64,000 nt of DNA. Origin: Octopus sinensis (taxonomy: Eukaryota). Positions 1-14,815 of the stretch are shown piece after piece (position 1 is the stretch's first letter; each line of letters opens with the position of its first letter). Under the pieces are notes generated by a model. That model was not told the origin of the DNA. It did no database searches and saw nothing but the letters and a program-made list of their open reading frames with translations. The stretch lies in contig NC_043000.1 of the NCBI RefSeq assembly GCF_006345805.1, positions 60,326,001 through 60,390,000 of the forward strand. Direction: 5' to 3'. Position numbers and translations under genes: made by a program.

Positions 1-1254
1 TCCTGACCCCAATATGCTTTAGTCATTGGACCACATTTTGTTATATGACCCATAACTGAGGCCCTTGACATGTGCTACCACCCCAAAGCTAACCGCAGAG
101 TAATGGTAACTAAGAGATAACTGTTTTCTCCACCAAATTCCTGAACTCCTGAGTTGAAGCTCCACTGCAAGATGCGCAGTTTGATGTGTTGCCCAGGGCA
201 CTTGTTCTGATAAAGATCACTCACAAATGGTATTTTTGTTTCCTATATCATTGATATAATGAATTATCACTAAAGCAGCAAAGCTGATTGGAAGTGGTGA
301 AACAAATCTTTATGTCCCGAATGTCTGTAGAAGTTGACATTTTACTTTCAAAAGTTATTGAATATCAAAGAGTTAGTGAATTTTGATTCCATCAGGTGTT
401 TCATAAAAATGTTACCAAAGTGATCCAGCATAACAGCAGCTACAAGACTGAAATGAGTAAAAGAGTATATCTCAAAGAATGTGCAAGAGGATGCAAACAA
501 TAAGCACTCTGTACTTCACCAGTTCCATGCCTAAGATCATTAATAACCTTGATAAACTCAAGCCCATTGATAATCTTACAGCCTGTTTGTATATGCACTT
601 GTCAAAATAGATGTAGGTGTCATTCACAGTTGTGATTTCCAAACAAATTATCTTTCTTCAAGCAATGGAGACTGTTTTGCTTTATCTCCCTTGGATATAT
701 AGCCACTGTTCTCTATGAATATGAACAACAACTACTTCTGTTTTGACAGGCATATATACAAACAGTACATGAAAATGTCAGGTTTGTCTGTTAAAAGGTA
801 TCTCAACAGCTATTGCTACCTGAATACAAATGTAAAAATTTCCATCAAAAGCATCAATAAAAATGTTGGCAACTTACATATTAAAGGAACAATACCTTAA
901 CAAATATACATATATACATGTATATATATATAGATACATACACACATATATACATACATATGCACACATACATGCACACACACATACACAAAAAATGCAA
1001 TATATAAATTTTTATTTTTATTTTGTTACAATTTTATATAGTTTTTTTAAAACACAATCTTGCTTTTTAAATACAGTTTTTACTTCTAGGGATCTTTTTA
1101 GATTCCTAGAAGGAGCAAATGGCTTCTATTGCCTCAGTAATCTAGTTAGCAATGAGAAACTCTGATTATACTTTTGGATCAGCCTTAGAACAAGATAAAG
1201 AAAATTCTGGGAACCAAATTATTTCTGTTAGTAACAAAAGATTTTTCTTTCAGA

Positions 1255-1585
1255 GAAAATGGTTTGGGTTGGACAGTTTGACTGAGGACTGGCAAGCCAG
1301 ATGGTTGGATCAGGCTCCAATCTCATTTGGCAGAGTTTCTACAGCTGGATGCCCTTCCTAATGCCAACCACTCCGAGAGTGTAGTGAGTGCTTTTACGTA
1401 CCACCAGTATGAGGGCCAGTCAGGTGGTACTGGCAATGACCTCGCTCAAATGTTGTTCTTCACGTGCCACCGGCACAAGTGCCAGTAAGGCAACGCTGGT
1501 AACAATCACGCTCGAATGGTGCATTTTATGTGCCACCGGCACGGAAGCCAGTCAGTGGCCCTAGCAACGATCACACTCGGATCAC
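1255..1585 (-). mobile_element. SINE, family B (the family ending in an (ATG)n tail), partial
   Basis: Shares GCCAGA..TGGAGCC, CTACAGCTGGATGCCCTTCCTAATGCCAACC and internal repeat units with copies at 30.2, 43.4, 46.2, 52.6 and 59.6 kb. Confidence 0.75.
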
Positions 1586-1677
1586 ATGTGTATATATAAT
1601 TTATTGGCAATGGAGGCAGTATTAATACCAAAAGGCATTCTTTATATCAAAATTAATGTCTAGCAATACATCCATGT

Positions 1678-1678
1678 T

Positions 1679-1726
<48 letters not shown>

Positions 1727-1880
1727 AGGAAGGAAGGAAAAAAGAAAGAAAGAAAGAAAGAAAGGAAGAAAGAAAGAAAGGAAGAAAGAAAGGAAGGAAG
1801 GAAGGAAGAAAGAAAGGAAGGAAGGAAGGAAGGAATGAAGAAAGGAAGAAAGAGAAAGAAAGAAAATAAAGAAAGGAAGA
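1678..1880. repeat. (GAAA)n/(GGAA)n purine microsatellite
   Basis: Read directly; explains the low-complexity ORFs 1622-1885 and 1656-1838. Confidence 0.95.
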
Positions 1881-2909
1881 TACATAGATAATAATTAGTT
1901 ATAATATAAACTATATAAGAACAGAGAGAGATATTGTAAAATTAATAACAACTCATCATATGCACAAAGCATAATGTGAAAGAAGATAAATGTTCCTTGA
2001 GCAACTAAGTAGGTGCTTTCTCATTAATTCAAATTTTCAAAGCTTCCGTTCAATGGCAGAAAATTTTTTTTAAAAGTTGAGAGTGAGAAATCTATTTAGC
2101 ATCAATTTTTTTTCCTTTTTTTAGAGAGGTGGAAAGTACAAACTCAGCATGACATATTGCTCAAGAATTAGGATTACAAAGAATCAGTTCTTGTAACAGG
2201 TTACCTTTCATTTTGAAAATTAATCTTAGACAAAAATAATACAAGTAGGTGGAATCAGGAAACATCTGTCTGAATTATTCAGTTTAGAAATCTAAGCAAA
2301 GTTTGTTATGCAAATGGTTGTAAGATATGAATGAAGTTTTCTCAATGCTTATAGAAAACTACAATTCCAGAAAAGTTAAAATTGAAACATATACAATATA
2401 AACACATACCAAAAACATAAGAAAGTAAAATGTTTTCCATAGTTGATGAAGTTTAAAGTTTCAACATTAGGCCATTAGGGATTTATATTAAAGCTAGTAA
2501 TTAAAGATTAATGAACCTTGGTTTTACACGATAAAGAACTCAGTACTTATAATGTAAATTATATATTTTCCATTTCTTACAAGTTGAAAACATTTTACAC
2601 TTAAAATTATGGAGAACAAGTAACATTTGATGCTTGTTAATTGTCTGAGCATGGAGCAAAAGGCCAAAATCAGAAATTCAGCTGAAATCATATATTGTGT
2701 ATGTTTTATCATTTAATTTCAAAATATTTTGACTCGTAATATGTATTGAAACAGTGCAGATCAAAGACTTCTGTATTTATAAATAGAATAAAATTATAAT
2801 ACATAGGTCTCTGTTGGTTTTCACAATGAATATTTCAATTTTTCAGTCAATGAAAAGAGATATTCATTGAATGACTGATTTGCTGAATAGTCCATTCACA
2901 AGTGTATCC

Positions 2910-3035
2910 TTAATCCTTTGAGCCCGTAACACCAGTTTACATGTGAATGGCTTCTTTTTCTCTATACCATAGCATTGGTGGAGTGCTGGGTATATGGTAA
3001 AATAAGGTTCAGGAAGTCAGGGCTCAAAGGGTTAA
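2910..3035. mobile_element. piggyBac-type MITE with TTAA target duplication
   Basis: TTAA|TCCTTTGAGCCC (2910-2925) ... GGGCTCAAAGGG|TTAA (3020-3035); 12-bp terminal inverted repeat with one mismatch. Confidence 0.65.
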
Positions 3036-6000
3036 TGTAATTTTCAGAAAGAATCAGTATAGCACAGGGTATGACAAGGCTGGATCTTTGATTTACTGGT
3101 AAAATCCATTCAATGGCCATGCAAATAGTTTCTGTCTATCCAGATTCATGAACAAGGCTCAGACTGCCTTGAAGCTATGGTGACAGACTTGTCCAAGATG
3201 CCACACAATAGGATCAAAGCTGGGATCTCATGAGTGCAGAGTAAACTTTTTAACTATCTGCATCTGTAAATGAAAATTATACAAACACTGAATTCTTTTA
3301 ATGGCACTAAGTTTCATATTTTATGTTAAAATTGGAAAGAATCCAGCCTCCTGTACTTACCCTACAATGTCAATCTAAAAAAATCTCAAAGCTACAAGAT
3401 AATGCATGTTTAATTCAAAACAATGTGAATTAATAAGCATTATATTTGTTAGAGTAAGCTAAATGCTAAAGGGTTAAATGCTGTAAGGCAACAATTTTAC
3501 TCATTGTTTCGTTAATGACACAATCATTGAGAAATTATAGTATATGAAAATATCTGTTGCTATTTTAATACCAACATTATATTAAAATAATCACTAAAAG
3601 CTCTCAGTGATCATTGTTAAATTTGTTGTCTTACATAAGTAAAGTACAAACTCATTATTTTGAGGGAAAATTTTTTGAATAAGTTTATACCTTAGTCACC
3701 TTTCATACCTGCACACACACGCACACACACACACACAAAATACAGGTATGTATGTATGTGTAAGCATGTTAATGTGTTTGTGTGTGTGTGTTTATGTGCA
3801 TACACATGAACCTTCAACATTTTCTATCCACACTGTAAATTCTGCCAAATAATTGCAACAGCAGCAGCAGTAGTAGTAGTAGTTTATAATTTAAGCTGTA
3901 GAAAAATTGACTCATACAAGCATGGAAAAGCAGATTCTTAGCATGGAATTTTGTCAGTGATCAGGTTGCGGTCTCAAAGCGACGAAAATATTTTGGCAAA
4001 TTAAATTTAAATGTTGAAGTGAGTCTAACGGTTTTTGTGTGTTTTTAAATGGCTTATAAACACCTTCCCCACTGCAATTGTTTATATATATACATACATA
4101 CATTCATATATATATATATGTTGGAACCTGGTGCAGCTCTCCATCTTGCTGGCTCCTGTCAAACTGTCCAACTCATGCTAGCATGGAAGTTAGATGTATG
4201 ATGATGATGATCATCATCATCATCATGATTAAGATGGTGATGATTAAAAGACCTGTAGAATGCTCTTCATCTCAGAGATATTCACTACTTTGAGATAATT
4301 TGAAGCTTCATTTCATACGTATTATTTATAATAGTTCATATAGCTTGTCACAGCTACATTGATTTATTGACCAATAGAGAATACAAATAAAACTGTTGTT
4401 AAATGTCATCTCACAGATTTATCATAGGCTAAATTCTCAGCATGCATATAACAATTCAACTTTTGCACTCCCTTATCTTAACCTAGTCTTATCAAGAAGG
4501 GGAAATTTCTTTGCTTCTTAAATTCTAACCAGGTAAGCAGATCTGACAATATTCTCTGAAACTCTTTCCTTGTCTATGTTTGCATCTAACTGTCAAGAAT
4601 TCAAATTGAGAATTAACTGCATTAATCTCTACCAGTTTCTACTATCCTGGAAAGATTATGGGCACTGCTGCTCTACTTCTCTCTTTGATTATTTAAAACA
4701 AATAACTGGGATTTTGTGTTGAAAAATATATTATAGGTACATAATAGGTAGTGAAAAATCAATTGAAAGCTGTAATTCTTTAATAAGTGGAGAGCAAGCA
4801 GAAAGTTCTGATGAGATGAGCAGAAAGTGAAAATATCTCTGCAGAAGTACAGGGTCTTGGGTATGTTTTTTAAAAATTAGAAATGGTTTATTGAATCAAT
4901 TGGCCAGCTTCTTTTTAAATGCATCCTAGAATAGCAGTGATATATGGATGCATGCTATATCGCTTCTGAGAAAAGTACATGCTGAGAGATAAAATATTGC
5001 TTGGCTCTCAATGAAAGCCAGCTTCTAAATCTTTTGATAAACAAAATTTATTTGAGAAGAATTGTGTCTGCTATATTCACAAGGAAACCGACTAGTATAA
5101 AATATCATTACTTTGATGTTTCAAATAGAAATAAATCAGAAGTTTGGAACAGTATCAGTGAACTGCTGTTGCTAATTGTGGAGCTGAATTTAACATTAGA
5201 AACATGACTAAGTAAAACTTACTTTCATAGAATTTTTATCATGTTCTTTTTAACTTACTCTGGATTGAAAAAAATCTTGAAATCCTTTAAACTTCAGTTA
5301 TCGTCCTAAATTTTTTAATGTACTTGGACATTTTCCTTTTATACCAGTTGTTCATCATCACTATCATCTTTGTTTTTACATTTACTTTTCTATGCTGGCA
5401 TGGCTTGAATAAGAGTTATTAAAGCAGTATTTCATGGCCCGATACCCTTTCTATTACCAACCATGAGTTGTTTTGATAAAGATATTTTTATTCTATTGGT
5501 CTTGATATGTCAAAAAATAATCTAAAGAATGCATTGTTATGAAAGATGCAAACAAAAATAACAATTGTTCAATCAGTATCAATGTATAAACACTTATTTT
5601 AGTCATATTCTGCCATGTTTCAAAACTGAAATTTGTTTCAGAGAGGAAAGTTATTTTGATGTACATTTCTGATATTGCTAACATAAATTTTTAATATTTT
5701 CCCCTCAAACACAACCATTTATAGTGCATATCTGCACACACACACAGTCTTATTTATCTGTATATAATAATAACTGATTTAAATGTTGATTGATTGATTT
5801 CTCCAACCACACTTTATATCACATAGAGAGAGGAAGAGAGAAAGTTACAAAAAATACAGAGAGAAATAACATAAAAGGTACAGGATTAATGAACATGCAA
5901 GCCTTGGTGGCAGGTGATGATAACTTTCTGAAGAATACACATTTTTTATGAAATTTTGCAGAGACAGGTTTTTGATGGTTTGAACATGATGAAATTTAGA

Positions 6001-7089
6001 AAAATGATATATTTATTGCAAAGATACAAATGAGAAATTTGTTTCATTTCATCATTTTGTAATGAGCTCCAAGAAATTTGATAAAAATTAAATCATAATT
6101 ATTGTATGTATGCCATATTTCCTGATATCACCCATGGTGGCAAAAGTATACTTTCAAAGTTCCTACATATTTCAACAAATAATTGAAGATAACATGTTGG
6201 AATTATACCAAAGTTAACCACATGGTACAAGATGCTTGAATACCAACTTAATTTCAAACTAAAAATAAGGAAAAAGGAAATTAAATCAGAACTTCAAAAA
6301 GCTGGTTGTATCAATGATTACTAATAAAAATCAATAAGAGAAGTAAACTGATGATATAGATAAAAGTGACAGAGTTTAAAGATGAGGAAGTACTACTTTG
6401 AAATTCGAAGCTCCATTTGAAATCGGTGACATTTCAAACAAACTATAGTTTACTTGATACCCACTTCTGTTTAGTTTTGAGCTGAGTCACACTTACTTTT
6501 TTGCTCCAACATGATTTAGACAGCTTTTAACAAGATACATAACATCTCATCTGACAACCAGATTTTCTACTCTTTATCTAAAGCATGCCCAATAATAGAT
6601 AGTAAATGTTTAATTCTATAATACAGTGTCTAGTTGGTGAAGAGTCTTTATATTATTTTTACTAAGTAGAAAGGGCAGAAGTACAATATAAACTTTTTTT
6701 AACATCAAACTACCAGACAATGCACCTGGTTCTAAGATATAAAGCTGTCTGTTTGAAAGTGTTTATGACTATCAAATTCACTAAAGTACAGTGTAATTTC
6801 AAATCTATTGCAACATCTGCTTTTGTACCTAAAAATGAGCAATACCTTTTATTTTTTCTTACACTCAAATATAATGCTTTTTCCAAATTTTTCCCTGATG
6901 TTTTCTGATGGAGAAGTTAACTATTTTATTAACTCTCTCTTAATTCTTGACTTCTTTAAAAATCAAAAGAAATACAAGGATGCAGTATTTCCTTAGAAAT
7001 ATGATTACTTATAAACATTAGAAATCAAGTTATCAGTATAAATAATAGATAAATCCATTTCAATTAACACTAAAACAAAATTACATGGG

Positions 7090-9550
7090 TGTATCTCCAT
7101 TCAAACTATTGCCATCTAACTGATTTTCTTGTCCTTCAAAGACAAGCTACATTTGATATTCAGCTCACTAGTTCAATATAATGCATTAATGACTTTAGAA
7201 CAGGCCACAAAATTTTAAGGAAATTAAGAATTTAAATTAAAAAATTTGCTTAGAATCCAACATATTGGGAGGAAGAAATTAAGATGCCAGTCTTAGCAAC
7301 AATTATTCACCACCTTGAGTAAAAGTCTTTCTAATCAACTAAACTGCAGAATTTTGATTGAAGAAAAGTGGTGCCTTCTTAAATCAGCAGTACTTTACAC
7401 TGCAGAAAAAAAATCTTGGATCACTTCATTGACAGCAACCTGATTAATTCGATGAAAAAGATCACACATTAAAATTTCTAATTGCAGAAAAGTGAAAAGC
7501 TAAATTTAACAAACAGAACAATTCAAATTCTAAAGTCAGATAGTCATGCTTAGCTGTATAATAATAACCGATACAAACACTGGTTAGTTATTTGGCTGAT
7601 TTTTAGAGTTTATCATGAAATGAAGTTGGAAACATAATAAAGGATTAGAAATTTACAAAATTAATAGTGAAATGTCAAAACCAAAGATATTTAAGCGCAT
7701 GCAGTCAAACCCAATAAAGAAATTTCTTTGAATTATTCAAAAGATTTTTGGCCCCATAAACATGAGAATGATGGTAATTCAATCTTTGGATGGAAATTTC
7801 ACAATAATAAATAAAATAAAAAAGAAGCTGTACTGGAAATACATCAAGAACATTTTATAAATTTACTTAATCATCAGCAAAATTCACCACCTGAATGTAC
7901 TGACAATGTCCCATACCAAATTGTTTTTCTAGACCTGGATGTTCTACTTTCAGCACAGTTAACGTGGTAGTCTCAAAATGCAAAACAATAAATTTGCAGG
8001 AGTGGATCAAATTCAAGTAGAACTTATTAAGATGTGATGGTCAAATCCTTCTCATTATGATTCATCACCTCATCTTCTGTGCCTGGGAACAAGGTAAAGT
8101 AACTGCAGGTTTGAAAAATGCTATCATTGTAACTATATGAGAGAGAGAGAGAATATATACAGTATGTAAACTATCAAGGTATCATCTTTTCTTTCCTTTG
8201 CTACAAAATTCCTTCTGATTGCAGAATTAATTCTTCTGGAAAACCGATATGTATTTAGCCCTGATCATGGAATAATCAATATGATCTTTTCCTTATGACA
8301 GATCCAAGAAAAATGCCTTGAACAAGAGCCTTATCTACACACAATTTTCTTGTTAAGATTTTTGATTCAGTACCACATTACACAATGTGGAAAGCACATG
8401 AATGGTTCTGGGATTCCTGTTGTATCTCTTAAAAGCTGTGAAGGCTCTACATGAAAATGATGGATACTCTATGAAGGAAGCTTTTTTTTCCATCATTCTC
8501 TACTGGAACAAATGTTAAAGAGGGAGTTCTTACTCCTGTTCTGTTTAGTCAATATGTTGCAGCTATGCCACAATGAATAGCTCAAATCTCATTTGGAATT
8601 TCCAGTAAGTACCATTATGTGTTTTCGACTTTCAGAGACCCAAAATAACTGAAAGAACCATACATTATATTTCTGATGATAATATTGGAGGGGAGTACAG
8701 TTCTGAAAATCTACAAGATACATTAGGTAAATTTGCGAATGCTAGGGAACACTTTCATATAGAAGCACATATTAAAAATGAAAAGAAAGGTCTAGGTACA
8801 AATTCCACTTTTCAAATTCAAATTCACAACTCCCCACTCTGTTGAACAGGTTACTCATTTCTACAATAAAGATGGCACTGCATCCCACAATAAAGATAAA
8901 ATATCTACAATAAAGATGGCACTGCATCCCATAAAATTTCATATCATATTCATCCTGCACATGCTATCTTCAAGAAATTGGTCAAAACATGCACTAAGTT
9001 GTTGGTTTGCAAAGCAATTATTCCCACAACATCTTGAAGTCTGGAAGCTTATTGAAAAAGCATAAAAAGATTGGAACATTTCCATTAGACAAAGTTGCAA
9101 ATCTTCTTGCACATATGTTGGCAAGACCATGTGACAAAATAAAATTCTTGATTAAAAGAGATTTAATGGCATTGATGAGGTGTTAGATACCAACTGGGAG
9201 GGATTGAACAGCTGAAGGTGCTTATGTATGAAAAAGTGAAAGAAGGAACACATCCAGTAGGAAAACTGAGATGGCAATAGAAGGGTCAACTAAAGTAAGC
9301 ATACAAAAACTTTAATATCTATGTTTCTTTGACGCATATGATTGCCTGCTTTGAAGGAGAAAATGTAATGTTGGATATGACTTCTTTGAAAGTTGTAAAC
9401 AGAAGGCTGACAAGAGACATCAACAGAGAAGAACAGGCTGATAACGAGGACTTTTTGACTCAGCTCTGCTTCAATTCTCATGTCCTTAAGAGCAGCATCA
9501 TTTTACAGCTAAAACTGGCTCATACTACCATCTAAGAACATATAAATACA
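7090..9550 (+). mobile_element. Highly degenerate RTE-clade LINE (end of endonuclease, RT, 3' end)
   Basis: Broken frames recall RTE ORF2 motifs: AIIVT..NY.GI near 8120-8190, MIF.L.QIQEKCLEQ..FDSV near 8280-8375, and a C-terminal KTGSYYHLRTYK near 9510-9545. Confidence 0.7.
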
Positions 9551-10324
9551 ACAGAATCAAATTCTGTACACTGAGGAATGACAATGATGATGATGTGCAT
9601 GCACATGTCATTTATGTATACACACACACATCCACACACACACACAATAAATATATTTATGTGTTATATCATTTTATCATCATATATCTGAACAACTTTT
9701 CATGGAAGATGCTGGTAGAGATAAGTTACTTATTTGTCTGAAGAGCATAAAAACTCTAAAAAAGGATACTAAATCCTTTTTAGATTTTAGTAAACATTGG
9801 AAGAAGAAAAGATAAATTTAGATATGTAAAAGATATTTTGTGGGTGGAACACTATCAATTCTCCATGGAGGTGTAACATGCTGGTAGTTTATTTTATAGA
9901 CATCCAAACTTGAGGTTCTTCTATTAAGTACTTACTTAAATTTGTTTCTTGATTCTCCTTTACATAGAAGTCCATACTTTTAAACATGCTTTCCTTTTTG
10001 TATAAGGGTTTGGCAGCTTGTGATAAGAGTTAAATTTGATATGTATGCATGTACTCTGTTTATCTATCTTGTCTCTAGTTCCCTGAATTTTTTTTAGTAA
10101 ACAGAACTAAATAAAACTAGGATTGCAAAGATAATGATATAGAAATAATGAGAGAAAGCAAAATGGTAGTAAAATGTTGAACAGGACACGTAATAACATC
10201 ATTTGCCAGGTTACTATTTCAAATACAGGTACTTTCCTTAAATACAAGCAAAAAACATATTTGCATGGTTGAACAGAAAATGTATGTAAATGACAAAAAA
10301 AGAAAAAGGCAAACTTGAAAAAAT

Positions 10325-10665
10325 GTGCAGGTGTGGCTGTGTGGTAAGAAGCTTGCTTTCCAACTACATGATTCAGGGTTCAGATCCATTGCATGGCACC
10401 TTTACAGCCTTGGGCTGACCAAAGCATTGTATGTTGATTTATATAGTAAACGCCTGTTATATATATATTTGTGTGTATGAATTTGTCCCCACCACCACTT
10501 GATAACTGGTGTTGGTGTGTTTACAGCCCCATAACTTAGTGGTTTGGCCTAAGAGACCAATAGAATAAATACCAGGTTTTAAAAAAGTAAATACAGGGTT
10601 GACTAAAACCTTTCAAGGTAGTGCCCCAGCATGGCTGCAGTTTAATGACTGAAACAAATAAAAGA
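10325..10665 (+). mobile_element. tRNA-derived SINE, family A
   Basis: Head GTGGCTGTGTGGTAAGAAGCTTGC..GGTTCAGATCC with pol III A/B-box-like motifs; tail GACTGAAACAAATAAAAGATAAAAG; many homologous copies in the window. Confidence 0.85.
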
Positions 10666-10799
10666 TAAAAGTACTACTTAATATCCAGCAATGAAGGATC
10701 TCGTGTCGGTTTCAATGATGAATGTTACAATTGTTTGTACTATGGAGCTATCTACTCATAAAATTAAGTGGCTGACACATGTACCATCACAGACATACA

Positions 10800-11460
10800 C
10801 ACACCATCAAATAATCTTCAGGCAGAATCAGTGTGACACAATGTGTAACAAGGCTGAACCACTGAATTACAAATTCAGTCCATCTGATAAGGTTCTACAT
10901 AGTTTCCATCAATCAGATTTCACTCACAAAGTTTATTTTAACCCAGGGCAATGTAAGAGATACTTGCCCAAGATGCTGTAGTGATGCCTGGTTCTAGATG
11001 CCTGGCTCTAGACGCCATTGTGGAACATTCATCCACACATGTGCATAGAATTAGAGCTTTCCAGAGATCTGACGGAAGTCCCTTATGTGCATGCGCAATC
11101 GTTAGAAGCAGCTAGGCTTGACCAGACAGGACGCAACGTAGACCAGCTCCGTGGAACTGGAATTCTGACAGCGAGCAACATTGCGAGCCTGTAAAAATGC
11201 TTTCGTATTTTTGTGTCCAACTACCAACCCTGCTGCTTCCACACCAAGGCATCCAGGCTACCAATGTCCAGAGATGAAAGGTTTATTCAGGAGAAATAAA
11301 TTATTATTGTTATTTGTTCGGAGAGATCTTGTCCTCGCCTTTTCCTTCCATGAACTATGTATGGAATTGTGAAGCACCCATCCAGTGCCAACTCATTTCC
11401 TACAATGCTATGCAGGGGAATCAAACCCAGAATTACAATTAATAAGAAAACTTAGCAACC
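10800..11460 (-). mobile_element. SINE split by a solo LTR
   Basis: Joining 10976 to 11409 restores ACTTGCCCAAGATGC-TATGCAGGGGAATCAAACCC, which matches the family motif seen at 34257-34290 and 38527-38560. Confidence 0.7.
10977..11404 (+). mobile_element. Solo LTR (428 bp) with 4-bp TSD ATGC, Ty3/Gypsy-like
   Basis: Begins TGTAG and ends CTACA (5-bp terminal inverted repeat, TG..CA); ATGC at 10973-10976 and 11405-11408; AATAAA near 11296; no internal coding region. Confidence 0.8.
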
Positions 11461-12204
11461 TTTTGATTGTGCCCGTACTCATCCAGCAATAATACACATT
11501 ACACACAATTGATACTGAACAAGGAAACTAAATTATCTCTACAAACTTGTAATAGAAATTTTTTAAAATTAAGCAATGATAAATATAAATTTATTTTATA
11601 TTAATAGAAACCAGCTTAAAATTTTCATGCTAAAAGTACATCATTGTAGTTTAACAGCTATATTTTCTCCAATTTGTATTGCCCATATTGTCCAAACATT
11701 TTGTTTTACTGATTTTAATGGAGTTATCTTCCTTGCAAATTGTTTGTAGATTTTCAACATCCTAAAAGGGAATTTCTGTCTATTATTAATTACTTAGATA
11801 AACTCAATATATTTGTATTTGATATGCAGAACACTACCCTGGAATTGTTTTCCTTTCAGCCATATTGTGTAAGTAAAGTAAGCAAGAAAGATTAAATAAG
11901 AATAAGTTTGTCTGCAAAACTGAAATAAAATATTGTGTAATTCACCAGGATTAGAAAGAAAAGTAAAGAAGAAAGTAAAACCTATTTCATGTGTTTCGTA
12001 GACCATTTTTCTAAAGACAACCCCTTAAGTCATATATATCAGTTACATTTGGAGAAAACTCATCAGATGAATATTAGCTGATGAAAAATATTACAATATT
12101 TAAAACTTCTACTTGCTTTACTTTTCCCTTTTTTTTACTAAAAATGACCACCATACCATACATTTATTAATTTTATGTTTCAAATTTATTTTATCATGTT
12201 TATA

Positions 12205-12298
12205 TTATGGTATTAAGGCTTCTGGTAATTATGGTATTAAAGCTTCTGGTAATTATGGTTTTAAAGCTGCTGGTTTATAGTTATGGTATTAAAGCTCT
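12205..12298. repeat. 24-bp minisatellite, 3-4 copies
   Basis: Unit TATGGTATTAAAGCTTCTGGTAAT repeated; gives the MVLKLLVI repeats in ORF 12207-12539. Confidence 0.85.
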
Positions 12299-14619
12299 TA
12301 ATTTCATGATATTCACATCTGAATTGTTTCTTCTGAAAAAATATTCAATGCTCCTATTTTCCTCCTCATTTTTATTGTTTCAGATACCCCTAAGCCACCC
12401 ACTTTGCCAGCTAGTTATCTTCAGGAATAATTTTTTGAATACATTTTCCCATCAGGTTAAAAATTCCAAACTAAATCCAGTAATTCTTATTCTCTGCACA
12501 GAAGCATCTGAAAAAGTATATGGAATTAGTGTAAAATGAAACAACAATGTGAGAGATAGTAAAGTTTTAAGGTAATATGTTTAATATTTTGGAAAAGTCA
12601 TCTTTACCAGTGATGAACACAGGTAATGACCAGCTAATGAAGGAGCATTTTTACAGCTGCATAACTTGCTAGAAACAGCATCCAATCTCTCACAAATCAT
12701 ACTCTACCATATTAAACAAAACACACTGGATAATAGACATACCCTGACACTGAATGGTCATGATCATAATGCTTTTGATCATAGGTCTGCCAGGTCAGGG
12801 GTTCTACACATACACATTGTCAACACAACATACATATTGCCAAGCCAATGACAGACTTTTAACAGTCACTTGATTTGCTAGAAACATTAGGTATATCTCC
12901 CTCAAACACACTTTAAACAAGAATAATGCATCGGATAATGTAGTCATAAATACAATATTTAGAACAAGGTGGACACAGCTGGAATGCTTTTGATCATAGG
13001 TTTGCAGGATCACAGCTGACCTGGGCAAAACAAAAGTATGCATTCATTCACTCACTCATACACACACGTTCTTTCTCTCTTTCACACACACACACACACA
13101 CAAAGCTTGGGAGAATGCATAGCAGCATTTGTTTTAGCTCTTTCTGTCCTAAGCTGAAGTCCTTTACCCTTCATCATTTTGAAGTTGATAAAATAAAATA
13201 ACAGTTAAGTACTGACTAATCCTTCCCTGAAAATTGCTGACTGTGTGTCTAAATTAGAGAATAAAAATCTTATAGTATACTCCCATAACATGTCCACTGA
13301 TATCAGCTCTATGTCAAGCCTTTTAAAGTTCACTCCATTCGCACAAAGTCTTCTTAAGGACACATATGAAAAAATATAGATTAACTCATTACCTTAGCTT
13401 CTTTCTCCATGAACAATCATAGGTAAAATCATTTTCCCCTTCTAGATATCCCCTTTCACTTTTCAGTCATCATTATCTAAAAATGATACACCATTATACA
13501 TACAAATGAACGATTAATTTTTTTGTCTTCCTCTGATCCAAACCTGTTTATAATGCATATCAATAATAATAGTAAAGTCTACAACTACACTATGAAACAT
13601 TATGATTCCATGAATTATGCAGCTGCCTGTAATTGTTTTTCATACACAGGCTTTTAAAAGGCCAAAACATTAGAAGAAGTTAAAACACTACTGAATTCAA
13701 TGACCTTTGACTGTAATTAATGAACTTTTTAATTAATTAACATTAACTATGAAAAGAAAATTCAAAGTTAATATAATCAGTTGATTCCTCCATGTTCACT
13801 AAAACTTTAATAAAATTTGTATGGCTCAAGTGAAATTTAAAAATATGATTTGGTGTCTTTCTCAAAACACATTTCTTTTTCTTTTTCTAGAATGGATTAA
13901 TTTAACATATTTTTCCAATTATGTTTCCATGTTAGTGATGTAAAAGTTTTAAGCGGTTGTAGTTCAGTTTAAAGCAAATTTAAATTCACAGCTGAGATTC
14001 AATTTTTTAAAAATTAGTAATTAGTATGCATTTCAAAACCTTTAAAGGAAAGAAATTTCAAAAGAATAAAAACATTTCTTTTTGTTTGCTAGTCCCTGGA
14101 AGCCCATTTGAACTTCAATAGTAGAATAGTTGGATCAAGTTAATATGTTAATTGATAGTGTTTAGTGTGAATTATCAGAGATTAATATCTTGGTTAAAGA
14201 CCTGAGTAAAAAAGCAGTTTGAGAAGGATGAATTTCAGAGGAAGGATTATACCAGAAATGTTTGTAAAAGGTATACAGGTGTGTAGAAAACAAAAGAAGA
14301 TATCCTTCTCGAGTGAGATAACTTCTTTACACCAAGCACCTGAAGTGACACAGCCTGCAATGATTGATGTAACACAACTAGATGCACAATATCCTATCCC
14401 TAAGGGATATTTGCAGGGTGGCTCAAAGCAATTGTTGTGCTGAATAAAGATTTGTACTAAATCTATCTTCTGTTTCTCTCATCAATTATAAACTCAACAA
14501 ACACTGCAGATTTCCTGACATAGATCCAGTGAAAATTATACAGTAACTGTGGATAACATCAGGTAGCTCAAAAGGTGAACATGATAGAGTGTGTGTGTGT
14601 GTAAGTATGTATATACTAT

Positions 14620-14815
14620 CATACTTTGCCATGGTAGATCGCTAGCCACACATTCTTTATTTTCTCTCCTTGTTTCTTTCTGTGTTCCTTTCTGTGGAAG
14701 AGCATAGGCTCGAAACATTAAAGACTTTTTCATTTCCCGAGCATTATATTAATACATCTGTTTGTTGTCTACACCAGCTGTCTTTTTTTTTTGTGAATTC
14801 TTCCCCTATGTATAT
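14620..14815 (+). mobile_element. Penelope-like element 3' tail remnant
   Basis: Homologous to the tail at 56460-56700 (GCTAGCC..CTTTCTGTNGAAGAG..GGCTCGAAACATTAAAGACT); ends at a TA-rich stretch. Confidence 0.7.

Noticed and set aside
9736-9765. CTGAAGAGCATAAAACTCTAAAA
   Set aside because: TAAAA in place of GAAA, and no helix I or III.
12384-12430. Strong plus acceptor followed by TPKPPTLPASYLQE*; similar candidates near 36930 and 60597
   Set aside because: Isolated acceptor-plus-short-frame hits are expected by chance in AT-rich DNA; no consistent exon chain was found.
14219-14443. 74-aa plus ORF overlapping an open minus frame of about 80 codons
   Set aside because: No recognisable family and no convincing donor/acceptor pair.
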